From NCBI GenBank assembly GCA_002633005.1, contig NMRA01000151.1, positions 600,400 to 664,399 on the forward strand: 64,000 nucleotides of DNA, read 5' to 3'. The notes beneath the pieces were generated by a model. It saw only the letters and a program-made list of their open reading frames with translations, was not told where the DNA came from and did no database searches. Source of the DNA: Phoronis australis (taxonomy: Eukaryota; Animalia; Phoronida). Of this stretch, positions 26,031 through 39,369 are shown in pieces. The position numbers were made by a program, and so were the translations under genes. Numbering within the stretch: position 1 is the first letter of the stretch; each line of letters opens with the position of its first letter.

Positions 26031-27388
26031 TTGTCCCACTATATACATGTATATCTGCGCGTGCCGAACAAGTGTACACAAGCACAATATCGCGTGCACG
26101 AAAGGGGTACACAATCAATTATGGTTGATAAAATTTATTACAAATGATTCTTTAAAATAGATTAATTTCGACTATTTCTAAGAATGGTATGACATGTTAT
26201 AAGATGTTGATAAGAATTAATATCAACAAAAGGTGTAATATAAGATCTAAGTTTTTTCATCAGCCCTAGTAATTTATACGAATTTTTGTCACTGACCAAA
26301 AATGATCCGTAACTGATGATCAGACTGATACATGTGAACGATGATCAGTCTCATTAGAATTCAACCAAACCGGAGGTGCAAGATTTTTACACAAGCATTA
26401 CTTATTCTAAGTTTAGAAAATATGATTAAAACAGTGAAGAAGATGAACAGTATACACAGTGTCTATTTTGTTAAGTACAAGTTCATTAAGATTGACGGTA
26501 AATATAATGGGCAAAACTAAGCCTTTCAGCTAGCAAGGAGTAATGTATCATGCATGCAGAAGTATGCAACAGTCAGGGCAAGGACTTCTGTGTACGTCCT
26601 GGGGGGCGTACATGTACATGTAGCTAGGACGGAGGGAGATTTGTCTCGTACGGAACACTCTCCGGAGGGGAGGAGGGGGGAGGTAGAGGCGACACAACAA
26701 TTCGTGATGATCGGCACTAAACATTTTAGCATCAGAAATATTACATTCAAGTAAATCAGGCAAACGCATTTTAATTAATAATCCACTGGTGCCACCTGCC
26801 ACCCCGAACTGTTATACCAGAGGTTTCAAGTTTAATCCCGTCCTGCAGCCATTCTACTACTGCTTATGAATTTCTGTAATTACATCACGTTTCGTCTCTT
26901 ATAGTTGCTAAACGTAAATGGAAACATCAGAACGTTCTAGAAACCATGTGTAGTTAATTGTTGCAACAAGAGGGGGATTACGTATATCAAACTTGACAAA
27001 TATCCGTGGTGGACGTTGGCGCAGTTTGATTTTGGAATTATATGCTGAATGACGTCAACATGAACATTTGTCTTAAAACGCTACGCAATATTGCCACAAG
27101 TCAAACTTACATAATTCTGCTAAAACTAATGATTGCCTAAAGGTATTTCAATAAACACAATATACATCCATTGACTGGCCGTAGTTTGGCGGGAAATGAC
27201 GTGGTACGACGATAACTGGTACGAAACCGGTAACTCTCCCCTACATTTGATGTACGACGTGAAAATCCCCTCAAAAGGACTTTTTCAAAACAACGTGTTG
27301 GCCATATTCGTGTAGAAAAGCGAAATAAACAAATCTGTACACGCTGCTCAAAGCACTTTCGTGGACATACGGAAACGAAAACGTCTTT

Positions 27389-30300
27389 TAGTCGGTGGGC
27401 CAGAATTTGTAGGGCCTCTAGAAAATGGTTTTTGTGAGTACTTTAGGGGGCAATTTTATTTTCGTGTTTTTTAATTCATTTATTAGAGCGTTTTCAAAAT
27501 CTAAAAAGTTCCCACATATAAAGTTGCACATTTTTGAGAAATTTGAGTTTGAAGTTACCTAATAATCACCAAAGAGCTTAGTAAACTTATATTTGTAAAA
27601 CAACAGTTTTGGTGACTTTTTGGTAAAACAAGTAATATGGTCCCATCAGTGCCATTGTATTGAACAATGTTACACTCATATTACATGTTTTACTATTGTA
27701 GATTAATTGTAAACAGTGAAATTTAAAAAATGTAAAGAGACACCTAGTGGCAAAAATGCAAACTAAGTATGAATGTTACTAGGAAGTTGTTATGGCATTG
27801 TCTGGCAACAAAAATAACACAAAACACTAGAGACAGGGCAAAATTTGTGCCTCAATGACTGGACCAGTGACTAATGGTGTAAAATACAGCTTGTTTGCAT
27901 AATACACCAGAAATACGTTATAGTACAAAAACAATATAGTTGAATGATCTCTGTGAATGTGCACACAGACTGTATGAAAATAATAGATTATTCTGACAGC
28001 GTTTATCATGTAGTATGAGACAAATACATGACAATGATCAAAGTATGTACTTTCTATTACTTAATCGACAAATAAAATTAACTTTTTAATGCAAAAAAAA
28101 ATAAGGGGGTTGGAGGTCTATTTAGGCTTGACTTGTCAAAGAACTATTCAATTTTATGCAGTCAGTGTTGCTGATGTTACTACAGTTGTCACAACTGCAC
28201 ATTTCTGTACAGTTTGACCCAGCATTGCAGCACAAACTCAGTTTCCCAGCACACATGTTCTTTTTGCACTTGCAGCGTTCATCGTTTAGTACTGTCAATG
28301 GAAATGCGGGCATTGCCATTCATTTTAACTGCAAAGCTCCACCGCCAAGGAGCCAACTATGGTCGATTAGAGCGGGTACAGCACTGCACACTGGTGATTG
28401 GCCCGCAGGCAATGAAGGGTCAAACACTAAGTCCTTGTTTGGAGGCGGGGAGGATTTGGGCAAACGTTTGATTCAAAATATGTAAAAATGGGCTTTGTTA
28501 ATTAGAGTCAGCAAGTGAACTATTGAACACTAGCCTCAATGGAATTTCGTATCTCTTAGTCGGGCACAAACTACAATAGTGAGTAGCTTCAACAACATTT
28601 CTTAAGATTGCCTGTCCAAATAACTTCATGCACACCAGCTTTCTGAAAAACAGCTTCAAAGTCTTGCTTTAGTTTGGAAAGGCAAATAACATCTTCATGT
28701 GTTAGAAGCTTTGATTCAATGAACTCCAAACAAAACTGTAGAAAAACATCTATGAAAACTGCGGATTTGTCACTCTTCACAGTCGTTGTCTTTCTATTTT
28801 TATAGCATGATGATCTGTGGTACTTGGCTTCTAAGACACAAGGTCTTTATCTTTGAATTGCATTTGCGTATTCAGGGCTCTGGACTGAGCTGTTGCTTGC
28901 GATACAAGTCCAACTGAAAAAAAACCGAACTGTTAACACTAATTTAACATTCAATTATGAGTGAGTTGGCATGCAACTTTTTCAGATGGACTTATCAGGA
29001 ACTGATCCACCACCAGCCTAACAAATTTACATGCCACCTGATCTGTCGCCTAAAAATGTTGATCGTCTAAAAATCAGATTAGTTGATGCAACTGAAAATA
29101 AATCAGCTGATATACCAGTGCAGTGATTGAAATTTAATTTTTTTTAAATCAGAGGTAATCGACCTTTGACGAAATGGACAGTGGCTTCCATTGTCCTCAA
29201 ATTACGACGGCGACGATGGCCACTTAGGCACTTTAATTTAATTATCATTGCAGCTACCTAAGTAATTAATGTTTACAAGAAATTGAGAAGAGGTTCCCCC
29301 TATCCCAGGACTACGGCAGGGGATGACGGTCACTTGGGCATGTGGTTTGCAACCATCTACTGTATTTAACCTTCTCAAAAATTTTTGACTTAAAGTGCTT
29401 TAAAATCACACCCACAATATAACGCCATATGATTATCCCTTAACGCAAGCAGTGTCGATGTGGCAACTGAACAATGGCGTGTTCGAAAAACAGGAGTGCA
29501 GGAGTATTTGTTTAAACTGGGAACAAATGAAAACATTAACGACTTCCTCAGAGGCATCTCTCTACGCGGTACTTCTAAACTTATAGGAACATAATTTGCC
29601 GAAAAGCATCCGGCATATGGAGTGCCTATGGTATGACCACCGTCTCTACTGGGTCAGCGGTATTGTCTAAGGCCTAGGCAGCCAATGGGCTGAACAAGTT
29701 AAAAAAACAACTGGTGATAATACTGAAACACACATGGAAAATACCAAGATGTACCTTTCAAAAACACGTACCTGTTTTTGAAAGCTATGCTTCTTTCTCT
29801 TTCTTGAAATATGGTCCACAATATACTTTTCCTGCTAACAAATGATGCACTCATGTTTCAGAATGTTCCTATCTTGTTCAGGTTAATTGGGTGTTTCAGA
29901 TTTTGGAAGTATTATTAATTTTCTTGGGAAATCTTGGATAACATCTGTATCACTTTAAGCAACTTCAGCCTTAGTACTTCTGCTGGTGCCTTGAAACGTT
30001 GCTATGCCGTTCTATGTCCTTTCAATTTTTTGGGCTGACACTTGGTCTTCTAGTCTACAGCACTAAGGAGTATACTGTGTAGGCTATACCAGGACATACA
30101 GCTGTTTTCTGCACTAACGTTTGTGACACCTCTTCTTCTTTTTGATCTACAGAGTTCCACAGTCCATCATCTTTCGTCAGGAAGCTTTCCTAAGCTTCTT
30201 TAGGCTCTGACATCACAATTTTGTGCTGTTTGATAAACCTTGAATTATACAGGCATCACACTCCAAGGGAGCAGCCATATTGAAGTAACTAAGCACAACA

Positions 30301-30540
30301 ATACAATCTGGCTCTCTGATTGGTCAATTCAATAGAAAAGTGCCACCAAGTGGCAGGAATGTGCATCATATTTTGTGCAACAAAAACACCTTTTTTAAAA
30401 AAATGTGCAAGTGTAGACGTGGGAACTTTTTGGAATTTGATTTATAGGTATATTATCTAACCACATAGAAAAAACTAGGTTGCCCCCCCCCCCCAAAGTA
30501 CTCACAAGGATGAACGCTATGAGATCTGGCCCACCGACTA
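27389..30540 (-). mobile_element. Academ DNA transposon, decayed deletion derivative
   Basis: Perfect 16-bp TIR TAGTCGGTGGGCCAGA/TCTGGCCCACCGACTA, extending imperfectly ~150 bp, with TTT on both flanks (3-bp TSD). Minus-strand remnants DLVS-EAKYHRS.CY, PPNKD..LHCLRANHQ and a CXC tail CKCKK..C...CC..G..CTEMCSC.NC.N. Confidence 0.85.
28122..28470 (-). pseudogene. Academ transposase C-terminus with tesmin/CXC-like Cys cluster
   Basis: ORF 28122-28319 Cys pattern, preceded by frameshifted LRANHQ and SW..GG.LQLK. Confidence 0.75.
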
Positions 30541-31359
30541 TTTGTCCTAGAACTCTTCACGTGCTTGGCATTTCTGACAATGCACTCTCGTGCTGGAAGT
30601 TTTTTTTTGAGATTGAGCACCGTTCCAAAAAATTGTAGGTCTCGTTACAGCTGACCACAGAAGAATGATTCTGCGATTTTAGGACTGAAACTGAAACAAA
30701 TCTAGATTGGTGACTCATTGGCAATACAAGCGTGATTTTTTTATTTTGAAGCCATAGTTGCCAGATATCATTCAGCGTCACTTAATTCCCTAAGGAGGCC
30801 AGATCATGCACTATAAACATCACCAGACGCTTTGCTTCACAAAACGTGTACCTTGATGTATTTTCTTTCATTTTTTCGACATCGCATTCGCTTTAGCAAG
30901 GATTCACGCACACATGCCGCGTACAGACAATCACCTCTTCGCCACGTATTCGCATCTTCCCGTTCAAAATTGTTTTATTTCATACACACCGTTGACTTAA
31001 AGTCGTGAATGAGCATAATAAGCAGCTGATTGTCATACTACCCAATGTCCGTTAGCAACTGCTCATGTGACGTCATGGACATATATCAGCCTTCCCAAAT
31101 ATACGTGTTTTGACAATTTTAATCCTTGTTTGTCTCAGTAAGCAGAGTTTTGAAACAGTCGCTGATATCGCCGGTCATTTTGAATGAGGCCCTGAAGTCG
31201 TGACCGTTTCGTTTAGACGGAAATGCACGAAGTAAGACCACACAAGTCAACTACAGTACTTACAGTTACTCTAGACATAAAAATGCATTGCATTGTTTAT
31301 TAATTCAGTTTCAATTGAAATAAATTGTTATATGTTTTGCACCCAACTTTGATGTGCAC

Positions 31360-31860
31360 AGACGTTTTCAATGGGGTTTTTCACGTAGATGTATATTAGT
31401 CCTCAAAATTCAGGAATGCGCAGCAATTGATGCTATCTGCCAAGTCATCAATTTTTCTCAAGTGATATTACACGTTCGAGAAAAAAACGAAAAATACAGC
31501 GACATGTGTCCCCGTTATCCGTTGCCGGAGAGGGGCGCCTGGAAAAACGTAGTTTCGGACTAAAATTGTCTTATTGAATTAAAAATCCAAAAAATTAATG
31601 CACACTGCAAACGCTTCGCTTCACAATTTTTTAGGATTTTCGAAATCCATGTATGAATGAATAAATTCACGTTTCAAGTGCGTTTAGACGACCTTTGCTG
31701 CAAAAACGGAGATCCTAAAAACAATATCCTGCGGTGAAACTGAGTTGTCAAATGTTCTCTTGAATTTTCTTTCATCTCCCTCTTTCGCGGTCTTTCTTTT
31801 GCCGACTGTCAGTGCTCCCACACACGTGACCACCGCCCCGCCCCCGCTTCCTAGAGCCCG
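31360..31860 (+). mobile_element. hAT-like repeat family copy 3 (partial)
   Basis: gcagcaattg..catcaatttttctcaag..ccgttatcc..gagggg..cgtttagacgacct match copy 1. Ends cccgcttcctagagcccg. Confidence 0.75.
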
Positions 31861-33054
31861 ACGAATGTAGCAAATATATGTAGGTGGATATAGGAGTTTT
31901 AAAACGGGTGTTTCCAGTATTACTTTTTGCACCAATCAATGTACCCCTTGAATCCGACCATCATGTGTGAAATCGCAGATTTTTTTTCTTTCAATAACAT
32001 GCCACTCTTCAATCTGATTGGCGATCCAGAAGGAGGACAATAAAAAATGTTCACTTTCTTACCGAAACAACACAGTGAGATACGGTAACCATTTCAAACA
32101 ATAAAGTTTTAATTTATTTCAAAACATCACCATTACGCATTAAAAATACACCGTGACACAAACGGGATATGTCTAGCTGGGACAAAGTTACTGTACTGCT
32201 ACCCTCTGACACAGCGCCACCTATACTGAAAAGTGGCCCTGTGGAAGCGTGATGAATGACACACGAATTCCGTGTGTGGGCATCAATGAGCAAGCTTTGG
32301 TTGGAAGTATGCCGATCACATTGCCACCACTAGCATACAACTTTATGCATTTGTACATGCTTGGACTTACCCTTGGATCGGGGATTCCTTGATTTTGTGT
32401 TCTTCGATCACTGCCCATTTAATAAAATGGTTCTACTCAAGTCAAAGGTGGTCGCCACTGTACACCGAAAGGGGTTTCCCAACTTTCAACTAGGGGGAAT
32501 GACTGAATGTTATGACGTTGGTTTCACTGTTTAACCATTAAGAAGCCATGTTAAACAACATTCGACAGTATTAACTTTCGTAGAACTGTAAAAGAGTATA
32601 TGCTGGTACATACACCCCAGTCCAACAAAAGTCATATTTCAATCAACTGTTAATTTAATCCATCCCTCGATTTAGTTGGATCCGAATTTTACTGGCACAC
32701 AATTCTGTTACTAGTACATACAACTGACAACACACCGCCACAAAACATATAATGACGAAAGTCAACGGTCATAGACTCTAGGCCTACCTGCTTTGTCCTA
32801 CATGCCGCATACCCAGGCATTAATACACTATAAGTAGCAGGGGACCATTTTCTTATATCCACGAACAGGGCAGACTATTACAAATCATGGATTTCCTCAA
32901 GTAAGTCAGTTGAAGATTAGAAAAGCTTGCCTGATTACATAACATTTGTCTCGTCTTTTGAAATCTACTTAAGCAACCCATCTACATCTTCTTATATTAC
33001 CGATTGTCAGGAGCTATGTCGAACAGGCTACTCATCAGACTCTGTACAAGAGTC

Positions 33055-35066
33055 TAATGGTGCTACACTTTGACTACTGTGATGTTGTATTGGGTAATTG
33101 TGCATCATACCTTCGGGATTGACTTCAAAAATTACAAAGAAAGGCTGAGAGTCTGATACTCAACTATAGTGGCCGTTATAGTGATTTTCCTATTTCTGAC
33201 CTCCTCGATAAACTCTGTTGGTGCAGCCTGGTTAGCAGGAGTGCCTTTCATATAAACTTTATGGTATACAAAGCCACACATAGCCTGACACCTAATTACC
33301 TGTCTACCAAATTCAAGGCAGTCAACGTATTTTAAACTCTTGATGGAACTGTGCTCAACCGTCATCTTCAGTTGGTCTCCTATTGTCCTTAATGGTTTCG
33401 TCCCTAAAACAAAGACCCTCTCTAGTAGGCGGGACTTCAGATTTGATGAGGCTCTGCCTGACGGTTGTTGACGGTATTGTTGTTGGTGCTTCATTCAAAT
33501 CAAACAACATGCGTGTTCAGGTTCAGTGGCCACATCGCGTAGAAAATCCTTCTTTCCTGTCGCAGGGACCCCTCGATACCTCGCCATGGTAGTGACTGAA
33601 CTGGCCGGAAAACCCCGGCAGCCAGCCTCCACAGAAAAGTCCAACACCTCCAGCCGTTTACGTGGCAGTCATTCTTCAGGTTTGCATACTTCAGGTTCTT
33701 CCGCTCATGTGCCTCTTCCACCCTACTTTCCCACGGGATGGTGAGTTCGATCAAGATGACCTGGTGGGAACTCTCCGAATAAATTAAGGACCAAATCAGG
33801 GCGCTGGGTAGTCTGGACAATTTGCTGTGGGAAGGATGACTGGTGACCGGCAAGATCAACCCACACTTTTCAGTCGTTGGCTCTGTGAAGAATGACTTTT
33901 TTGCGCTGGGGTTTTCCTCTTACTTGCCCCATCGCAACTTCTTCTCAAACTGATGAATTCGATCCGGTGGCTTCTCGACTTTGGTTTGCTCTTGACTTCA
34001 TCTACCAATACCCTTGCGAAGACTTTCAGCACCTGGTTGTGACGGTAGGTATACCTTCTTGATGCCAAAGACGCGCTGCAAGATAACAGGATATGTTTTA
34101 AAGTACATCTGCGTCCACACTGGCTACAGCTCGGTTTGTCAGAAAGGCCCTCGGGTAGGAAGGATGCTGGGAGTAGGCTGTACATCATAAACTGAGCTGA
34201 CGAGGAATTTTGCTTTCAGAGGAGACATCTTCCACAAATCTGTCCACTTTATTTCCCTTTGCAAGACTTTGTCTCACATTGTCCACACCCCCTGCTGGCC
34301 CATCTGGACTGCTCGGGCATACCTTTCCTTGTTCTCTGACAATCTAAGTTCCCTGATCATTCTACCTCTGTCAGGGTCTTTATATCTTTTCCTTACTGGC
34401 TTCCCGGTCTTGTAGCCCAGTCCTTGCCTAGCCTGGTAAGCTGTTCCTATTACTTGCTTATGCCTCAGCCGACTTTGTGCTTCACTGAACGCCGACGTGG
34501 TGGACCACGTTCTGCCGGTGCGTGACTGGGTGCTGCGTCCACTGATGGCCAGGTCATATGTACTCCCTAGAGTGATACGGGCTCGCACTTTGGTAACTTT
34601 ATAGTCCTCCACCACAGATGAGACCGGTAGGACAAGTTCTTACGATTACAATACTAGAGCGAGTGCCTCTGGCTGCCTGGTACCAGATAAACCTAAAAAC
34701 AACTGTGGCAAAACAACATTTGTCTACAGAGGTGCTGTCTCTTACAACGGTATGGGGACTGCCGTCGTGTACGCACCCATTGTCCAAGTCTTCAATAAGA
34801 ATTACTGGGAGTTTGTGCGTGGTTCGGGACTGTAGGCCTCGCCTCATCACTATTTTACTCTATTTTATCTTATTTATTCATCTAATTGTACACATCAACT
34901 AACATTATACTAATTTATTTGATTTATAAATCTTTTCAATCTAATTGTACATAGCTGTCTCTATTTTACTTCGTGTAAGTATTTCCGACTGGGCCCACTT
35001 GAAAATCAGTGTTTTCTTTGAAGTTGCCACCCAGTCTTTTAAAGAAGTTTAAATGAATAAATAAAA
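33055..35066 (+). mobile_element. 3' part of an L2/Crack-group LINE, interrupted by the HERO-type element
   Basis: HFDYCDVVLGNC..L..LQKLQ.KA..LI at ~33067-33160 and VPKTKT at ~33400. A 3' tail gggcccacttgaaaatcag...cccag...aataaataaa lies at ~34990-35066. Confidence 0.65.
33421..34850 (-). mobile_element. 5'-truncated HERO/NeSL-group non-LTR retrotransposon with restriction-like endonuclease
   Basis: VEDYKVTKVR..RTGRTWS..EAQSRLRH..G..ARQGLG..QQGVW; CCHC finger CSQCG..TLKHIL.SC..RY..RHNQVL; RLE motif IELTIPWE.R.EEAHERK..KY..L..C..NGW. Multiple frameshifts. Confidence 0.85.
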
Positions 35067-35686
35067 CTTTATTTTTAGTGTTTTCCGCTATACTTTATAA
35101 CAAACTAACGATAAGTGTTAAGATAATTTAATTCTGTGCTGGAGTATGTAATGATTTTCTTGAAAGATTTTCTAAAAAATCCTAGTTTGCACTTGGTGTC
35201 CATACCATCAAGGCTTTGAGTTTTTACTCGAGATCACGTGTTGTTACTTGAGTTGTAGCTCGAATAGTGGGGTCATCGAGTGCGAATATATATTAGACAC
35301 TTGTGTACGTAAACTATAATGCACTTGAGCAAATGAGATATAGAACTTGTAAACACTTACAGGATATTTAGTTTGTATTCAAAGTAAGAAGCAAAATGTC
35401 AACAATAACTTTGAAATCAATTTACCGCTCAAAAATAGACACGGGCTGTTTTGAAAACCAGCACCTCACCTTAGATAAAGATCCAAACCATTTTCAGCTG
35501 GAATCAGGTAACAATTGGGAAAAAGAACTGATTTCAGCCAACATCACATAATGTTGGGAAAGGTTACCAACGCATTTCAGGGGGACTTTTTATTTGAATG
35601 TTTGGCCAACTAATACCTAACGCAAAAGCACATAAGTTTTGAAAGAATCCCACACTAGAACCATATACTATTTTCTTGTCATGAAT

Positions 35687-38195
35687 TCACCGGCCTTTGC
35701 AAAAATGAGCTTGGTCAGCATCCGACTCACACTACCAGTGTTGAATGGTGCAGTGTGCAACATGATTCATTCTGATATTATAGTGCATGTACTTGGCCAC
35801 CAACAACTCAAACAAGTCAAAATAGCGATTGTCATTTCTATACTGTGTTTTACTACCATTGTTCTTCTAGAGAAACAGGATGCTGTTGCCACATTCTCCT
35901 TCACGCTAACACTTTTTTCCGCGTAGAGCAGATGTAATTGGCAAACAAAACATTCATGCCTCTTCTCAAGATCTTTTCGGCACAGATCAACATGTGTATA
36001 ACTCCAGGTGCTGGCACCATAAGTTCGCTATTTTTCCTCAGCGTTAGCAAGTGATAAAACTCTTCACTTGACTGGGGGTTTACCGGAAATCACTCCATCC
36101 ATAGCGCGATTGCAATAACTGTAAGAACAATAACACCACAATATTCTGGATTATTCTAAAAATCCTTCGACCCCCACAACCCACGACACCCTTGGCCCAC
36201 GACCCTTTTGACCACGACCCACAACCCCCTCGACCCATGGCCCACAACCCCAGCGACTCAGTCTACACAAGCTCGACTCGATTTGAACATAGATCAAGCG
36301 CCGACTTGCAGGACAGACGGGTCTGGCCGTGATCTCGGCTGGCCTTACTTGTTTCTTTTTTGCAATTAGGAGAGTTCATTCGGCAAGTCTGAGGCCAAAA
36401 ATAGATAAAAAACAACGCGACCAAATATCAAAGACCTACAGATGTCGTTACCGGTAGAGTATAATCGTCTCATATGCTCTTCAGAGAATGGCAGATTCAA
36501 GCTTTTTGGGAGAGGGCGAGGAGCCCACGAATAAGTAATTTCCTCAGTAAATATAGTTTGAAAAAAACAAACTGTTAACTAAAAAAGTATCTCAAAATTA
36601 CAAGGAGTATATTGTAAAGTACACAGTAGAAAGCAAACAATAAAAATGTGAAATAATGTGCATTCACGTTAACGTTCATTCTCCCTAAGTTTAGTAGAAC
36701 AGGGTCAATAGTAGCCGCTCGTGGAACTATTTCCTTGACAACGATAGCACGCTCACAATCCGCTATTTCAGATCTTGTTCTTACGCCATGACTTTCTGTG
36801 TTTAACCACGAGACTTGAGCCAGAGCAGATTCGTGTGTAGTTTAGTCTCGTAGTTTAGCGACGTAATATTGTTATGAAATGGGTAAAAAGAGCAAAGACA
36901 CATCTATTGCCGCAACTCGTAGGTCGAGGTGGTTATGGGTCGTGGGGTTGTGCTTCGAGGGCGTCGTGGGGTTTGTGCGTTGAGGGGGTCGTGAGGGTTG
37001 TGCGTCGTGTGGGTCGAGGGGTCGTGGGTCGAGGGGTCGTGGGGTGTGGGGGTCGAGGAATTTTAGAAGTATCCCAATATTTTTCGATGGCACTGAGGTG
37101 CTCAGACAAAACACTTTGGTAATAATCGTGCTCATTGATAATTCTATGGTTTTGGGAGATCCTTGTCTTGATGAATCTGGCAACAGCGACCCCCTGAAAA
37201 AGCAATACAACAATGGATGACCTGGTGGGATGATTTTGATGGAAAATAAATGGTGAGAAGCATTCAAGGCAGAAAAAAGTGTGGACCAAAACAACTCTTA
37301 TTGTTGCTATTGCATTGGCTCTGACTTTTTAATTGTTCTGTGATGGTCTTGTTTATTCAATACCAGGTAGCAGAGTATTACCACCTTGGTCATTCAGTCA
37401 GTGTTGCACGCAGGCAGCGAATGCAATAGAAAACTTAATCTGTTTACACATATTGCTGAATTATAGCTCAAGGTGATTTTGATTCAAAATGAGATGAAAA
37501 TCTAACACGTGCCACATCATAACAAAATTTAGACATACATTCCAACACTGCACTTAACTGTAAACACAGCATCAACCCAAATACCTACGGCACACCCATT
37601 ATTTCCAATATCCCATTCAGAAAAGCACTTTCAGAACTCTCGCCAAATGCCATCAGTAGGGCTTCGTCGAGCAGCTTGCGCCCATTTTGTACGCAAAGAT
37701 TCACATTTTGGAAACCTGGCACAAGAAATATGGGTAAACAGAAAAACCACAGTTTAAAAGTTCACATACAAAGTTATGTATTTTAAAGTAAAACGACTAC
37801 TGCTATAGCAAAACTGTAGTGGAAGAATGAGTCAATAGAGATTATATAACATTAGTTAAGGAAGGACATTTTTTATAGTTATTCCCAAAGGTGTCTAATA
37901 AACTGCAATAGTCAGTCCCACAGTCTCACTAACAGTAGAGATTGTGACCATCATATCTGTCGGCGAGTTGCGGATTTGGGAAACGAACGAAGGACTGGTC
38001 GAAAAAAAATTGATTACAGGAGTATTTCTTCCAGTTGGAAGGAATGAAAGAGATAGACAACCTGATAATGTGTCTCGCTCTACACAAAATGTACTTATAG
38101 CCACGTGATTCCGATGGTTTAGTCAGTGTGAGGCATAATTTGTCGAAAAGTTTCCAGCACATCAGGGCCCTATGGGAGAGCCACCGTCTCTACTG
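35687..38195 (-). mobile_element. Decayed P-element/THAP9-like transposon
   Basis: THAP piece RFPKCESLRTKWAQAARRSPTDGIWR after a ccag acceptor (37715-~37640). NEHDY..L..L...ENIVV reads across the MULE insertion. Also FYHLLTLRKNSELMVP..GVI...AEKILR and DNRYF.L..LLV.KY...R.NH.A...GSVSRMLTKLIF. Candidate terminus ccaccgtctctactg ends at 38195. Confidence 0.7.
36148..37074. mobile_element. Mutator-like (MULE) non-autonomous foldback element with (CGACCC)n subterminal arrays
   Basis: Left end GGATTATTCTAAAAATCCTTCGACCCCCAC versus right-end reverse complement GGATACTTCTAAAATTCCTCGACCCCCAC. 9-bp TSD caatattct (36139-36147) / caatatttt (37075-37083). Confidence 0.8.
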
Positions 38196-38599
38196 CTAGA
38201 TGCAGGCGGTGGCACTGTCTAAAACTACGAAAGGGGATAGCATTAAGATTTGCTTAAGTACAACAATGTAAAACGTGACGGCGTTCTGTTCTTCAGCAAC
38301 GTTTCCAGACGTGAAGGGTTCTGAACGTGCAATAACATCTGGCTCGTGTGTTAACTGCCCAGCACAGTCTTTTGTCCCGTATGTCAAAAAGCTGGCCAAT
38401 TATCTCCCAGGCTTCAAAGGGTTACTGAAACCTGTAAGAATGGGTTGTCTTAACTTCTGTTGTACTTGGGCGATTTTGGTGATTCAAAAACTAAACATGA
38501 TCAGCATTTGACAAGGAATTCAGAAATGATATTGGTTTATGTTCAGATATGTTATAACCTAACTTTCATTTTTAGCAGCACAGTCAGGCTCGATACGAG

Positions 38600-38795
38600 A
38601 TTAGAGTAATTATCGAAGAAAAGAGACCATCCCGCACCCCAAATGGAAGAATGGAGTTAATCAGTCGTATAAGATATGGGCTACAGGGGTATTCTTCACA
38701 ACTTGTTGTTGGGCTAAAGACTCGAACAAGTTGAGAGCAACGGGAAAACGCCCTAATGTTTCGAGCCGTCGTCTTAACCGCTGAGCCATTTAGCA
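38600..38795 (-). mobile_element. tRNA-derived SINE head
   Basis: Minus strand shows A-box TGGCTCAGCGG (38788-38778) and B-box GTTCGAGTC (38727-38719). No full cloverleaf. Confidence 0.55.
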
Positions 38796-38873
38796 GTTTA
38801 CGTTATCTTACGTGAAAATAGAATACAATAGTGAACGCGGCCTGCAAGCAGATACACGATAGACTTACCGGAT

Positions 38874-39012
38874 CATGGGCTGCGCAGCACTGAAAAAAGT
38901 GGGGGGCTATAGCCCTCAGCCCCTAGTGCTGCACGGCCCATAGACCATGGGCGGCGAAGCACTGAAAAAAGTGGGGTGGCCAGCCCAGCCCCCCTGTGGT
39001 GCGCTGCCCATG
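38874..39012. repeat. Two tandem ~68-bp mini-TIR elements (hAT-like)
   Basis: CATGGGCTGCGCAGCAC..GTGCTGCACGGCCCATA and CATGGGCGGCGAAGCAC..GTGGTGCGCTGCCCATG share the core agcactgaaaaaagtgggg. Confidence 0.7.
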
Positions 39013-39369
39013 CGGGCTTAGAGCCGTCAGACCTCACGTAGGTAACACACAACTCTTGTATTCGAGCCAGGACACTCCGAAATAGACGTCTTCACACACC
39101 AGAGGAATACACCCAAACAAGCGTACAAATCCGTGCTCAGCGTCATATGGCGCATTCCTCGGCATGTGCGCCGATGCAATAACGGACAGAAAGCACTTAA
39201 CTTAAAGAAGTATGTCACCCGACTTAATTAGTCTTTTTTAATGTCTTAATCGGTCTATATCCACATCACCTCGTATACGGTCGATCTTACCTCGCCGAGA
39301 GGTGTCTCGTTAACCTGCAAGGAAGGTGACAAACGACGCAGCGATGTCAGTGGTTCTTCGGTAGAGTGA

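Noticed and set aside
26574-26845. hAT MITE (CAGGGC..GTCCTG)
   Set aside because: TIR match is poor and no TSD is present.
28122-28319. Metallothionein- or tesmin-like host gene
   Set aside because: Lies inside Academ TIRs and continues upstream into frameshifted transposase motifs.
36872-37294. ORFs with PRPLD/PTTP repeats
   Set aside because: Translation of the CGACCC subterminal array joined to P-transposase debris.
38719-38790. Functional tRNA gene
   Set aside because: A and B boxes are present but no acceptor or anticodon stems could be formed; treated as a SINE head.
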